Of a stretch of 64,000 nt of DNA, positions 61,421 to 64,000 are shown piece after piece. The stretch lies in IMG/VR virus record IMGVR_UViG_3300044259_000047, positions 22,060 through 86,059 of that record; one strand, given 5' to 3'. The position numbers were made by a program, and so were the translations under genes. The notes beneath the pieces are model-generated. The model searched no databases, had not been told where the DNA came from, and saw nothing but the letters and a program-made list of their open reading frames with translations. Every line of letters starts with the position of its first letter. Within the stretch, counting starts at the first letter, position 1. Source of the stretch: a virus. Taxonomy: Duplodnaviria; Caudoviricetes.

Positions 61421-63899
61421 TTAGTTGATTGGTCTTACAAAGCTATCACCTTCTGTTGAGTAACCACCTACATTACCTTCACCATCAGCTAACCATTCAA
61501 TAAGGCCATCCTCATCAGTCTCACCTTTGACTACAGGAATTCCTTTAGGGAACATCTTGAACAGAGGACTGGTAACAGAATAATGGAAAGTGTGTGTGGG
61601 GTTGAACTCTTTCATTTGAATCTCCTAAGTGGATTTCTTGATTTGTTGAAGTAAGTATAAGACAACCAGACAAGGCAGTCAACAAGAAAATAAAAGAAAT
61701 GTAAGAAAAGATCATTTAAAGAATTTATCAGTTAAGAATCTGTTATTAAGATGTTCTATTGCTCCCATTCTGACGAATGGTAGAGAAAGATTGTGGAAAG
61801 GGGTTGACAAAGAGGAGAGAAATTGATCCCTGCTTAGCCCTTTCACTACGTTCTGGACACGCCCCACAGGGGAGAATGCCCTTATCCAAGCCCCATTAAA
61901 GAATGCTGTAGCAAGGATTCTATAAGGGATATAGCTAATTAGAGAGTGTTGTAAAGAAGTTGCTAGAAGCTCTCTTCTAGATATTGTGTTTATAAACAAC
62001 AAAGCCACTAGATATAGTAATCAGTGGCTATAAAGTTGTTGGTATTTGTAGTGTAAATGTATTTATTCAGTCTCTATCAGATACTTACCGTAAGTGGTTG
62101 CATAGGATACATGAGCTTGATTGTTATAAACATGGAAGACAACCATTGCAATGTCAAACTTATTAGCTTCTCTCATATAGACGTTATCATTCAAGATACG
62201 TTGAATAGCTTCTTCCTCTGTTTTGCCATAAGCGTATGCTTCGTGGTCACGGAGAAGAAATTTGATTTTGTATTCCATGAGATTCATCCTTTGGTTTGGT
62301 AGAGAGCTTTTCTCTCTTTCTGTGTTTAATTCTAGCAGACTGAGATTACAGGTCAAGCATTATTTTCAATTATTTTAACCAAGAAGCTCAGCCAACAAAT
62401 CATCTTCAGACATAACAGGAAGCTCACAAGCTGGGATGTGCTCATGTCCATCAACGAGCATCACAACATTGATATCTGTAAAACCGTAGTCTACAGACTC
62501 ACTCTTGATGTTATTGTAATGACGTTCAAGCTCACGGATAGCCCCGGGAAGTGCCATATCACTAACAGAGCTTCTGAAAAGCTTTTGACCGGAGGATTTG
62601 TTCAGGATGTAAAGTTCGTGCCAAGTGGTCATTTTTAATATCTCTGTTAGATTGTGTGTATAAAGTAAGAATAGCAAAAAGCCCAAGGGTTAGCAAGGGC
62701 TTTTGTAGAAAGTTCTTTATTTAGATTTCAGTGTACTCAGAGCTTTTCTGATAGGTGGCAAGATGTTGTTCAAGAGTGGTGCACTTAACCGCTTCACCTT
62801 TAGTTGCCCAGTACGGAGCATTTGCATTCAACATTGCTTCAAAAGTCATGTTATCATCCAGTCCCCAGCCTGTGCCACAGGATTTGGATTTATAATTGCC
62901 ACTGAACTTGAAGCCACCCAAATCATACTGGAAAGAGACTACTTTAGAACCTTCTTGGTTAGTGTAGATTCCATAGCTGCCAGTCTTGGCGATGAACACA
63001 CGGAAGCCAGCTTCTTTGATTTCGTTAGCCAGTTGTTTAACAGCTTCAGTTTTATAGTTCATGATCTTTTCTCTTTTGTGTGGGAAGGTCTTTAGACCAT
63101 ACTGAGAGTCTATCTCTCGTCTTGATGTGTTTATCATAAAGATTTAGCTTGTAGCTGTCAACGCTTTTCTTTAATTATTTCTAATCTTCTCTTGTGCTAC
63201 TTTATTCACCTTCTCAGCCAAGCTGATGACGAAATGTTCTTGTGTGTTGTATTCAGCCAGGAAATCAATAGTAATAGATTGATCACCACGAGTAAGGCAC
63301 AGGATGCCGCTAGACTTACATACAAGAGTCCAATAGGTGTCAGCATTAGGAGAATAGACTACCTCTTCAGCCTGATAAACAGATTCACCGTTGCGAGTGT
63401 AGCTTGGAGAATCAATCCAATCAAAAGACATTGCTTTCAATTGAGCTTTGACAAGGGCGTACTTAGCAGATTGAAGAGCATTCATTTTTAGTCCTAGATG
63501 TTTGCTTCTGATGTAGTAAGCTTAGTGGAAAGCTCTCTGTGTGTCAACTGTTATTTGAGAGCTTTCTGTAAATTTACTCTACAACACGCTCATAGTATTC
63601 CACAAAAGTCTTATCTCCATACATGGATTTTATCTTTCTTACAGCGTCTGCGTAATCTTCGGCGGGGAGGGTAATAGTCTCTTCGTAAGACTCTCCCCCA
63701 TCAAACCAAATAAAGTCAACATTGTATTTAGGCATTTTACATCTCCTTAGATAACATCAAAAGCAATAGGTGTATAAGGAACATAATCTTCACTGACGCT
63801 TGTAAACACTTTGCTATATTTAGCTTGCCAGAAGGGAACAGCCAATACAACATCAACGTTCATAAGCTTTGTGTGTATGAAGACTATAAGAGTTTTCAT
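61421..63899 (-). CDS. small early-type genes (61421-61615, 62063-62278, 62375-62632, 62721-63063, 63171-63485, 63574-63735, 63747-63899)
   Basis: Most are preceded by their own TTGAC-16/17-TAxxxT promoter. Confidence 0.6.
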
Positions 63900-64000
63900 T
63901 TGTTTTGTTCCCTTGCTATCTTTGATAGCGTTTGCTTTCTGTATGTCTTCATTATGGGCTGATCCTTGAGTCGTGTCAAGCTTTTCTTTAAAAATTATTT

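Noticed and set aside
61712-62008. 98-aa ORF in the intergenic tract
   Set aside because: No RBS and atypical composition; probably non-coding
1-64000. Integrase, repressor, reverse transcriptase/DGR or alternative genetic code
   Set aside because: No such motifs seen; conserved genes read through intact with the standard code

Overview
64 kb of an AT-rich lytic myovirus genome. The gene order and tail module resemble PAK_P1/rV5/Felix-O1-type phages. Two-component spanins and sigma70-like promoters point to a diderm, probably gammaproteobacterial, host. The + strand at 1-11.5 kb carries DNA/nucleotide metabolism genes (exonuclease, HNH, phosphoesterase, nucleotidase, dUTPase, ThyX, NrdB/NrdA). 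The - strand at 11.6-42.5 kb carries lysis, tail, head and packaging genes plus a tRNA/ncRNA region. The + strand at 42.7-61 kb holds many small genes (alarmone hydrolase, DNA methylase, PhoH, ClpP, dCMP deaminase, SLOG), and the - strand at 61.4-64 kb holds small promoter-per-gene cassettes. Main observations: (1) the portal gene is split by a 1007-nt group I intron (34781-35787) encoding an HNH endonuclease; (2) a regular hairpin array behind tRNA-Arg displays anti-Shine-Dalgarno loops (UUCUCCU) complementary to ribosome-binding sites of the phage's own genes, a candidate multi-target antisense sRNA; (3) a ~420-nt structured non-coding RNA with its own promoter; (4) a tRNA-like cloverleaf embedded in a larger RNA; (5) a relic SAR-endolysin N-terminus, a tail-chaperone -1 frameshift, and an HNH gene with no canonical start codon. 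All family calls come from recognising motifs by eye; no database searches or folding computations were run.
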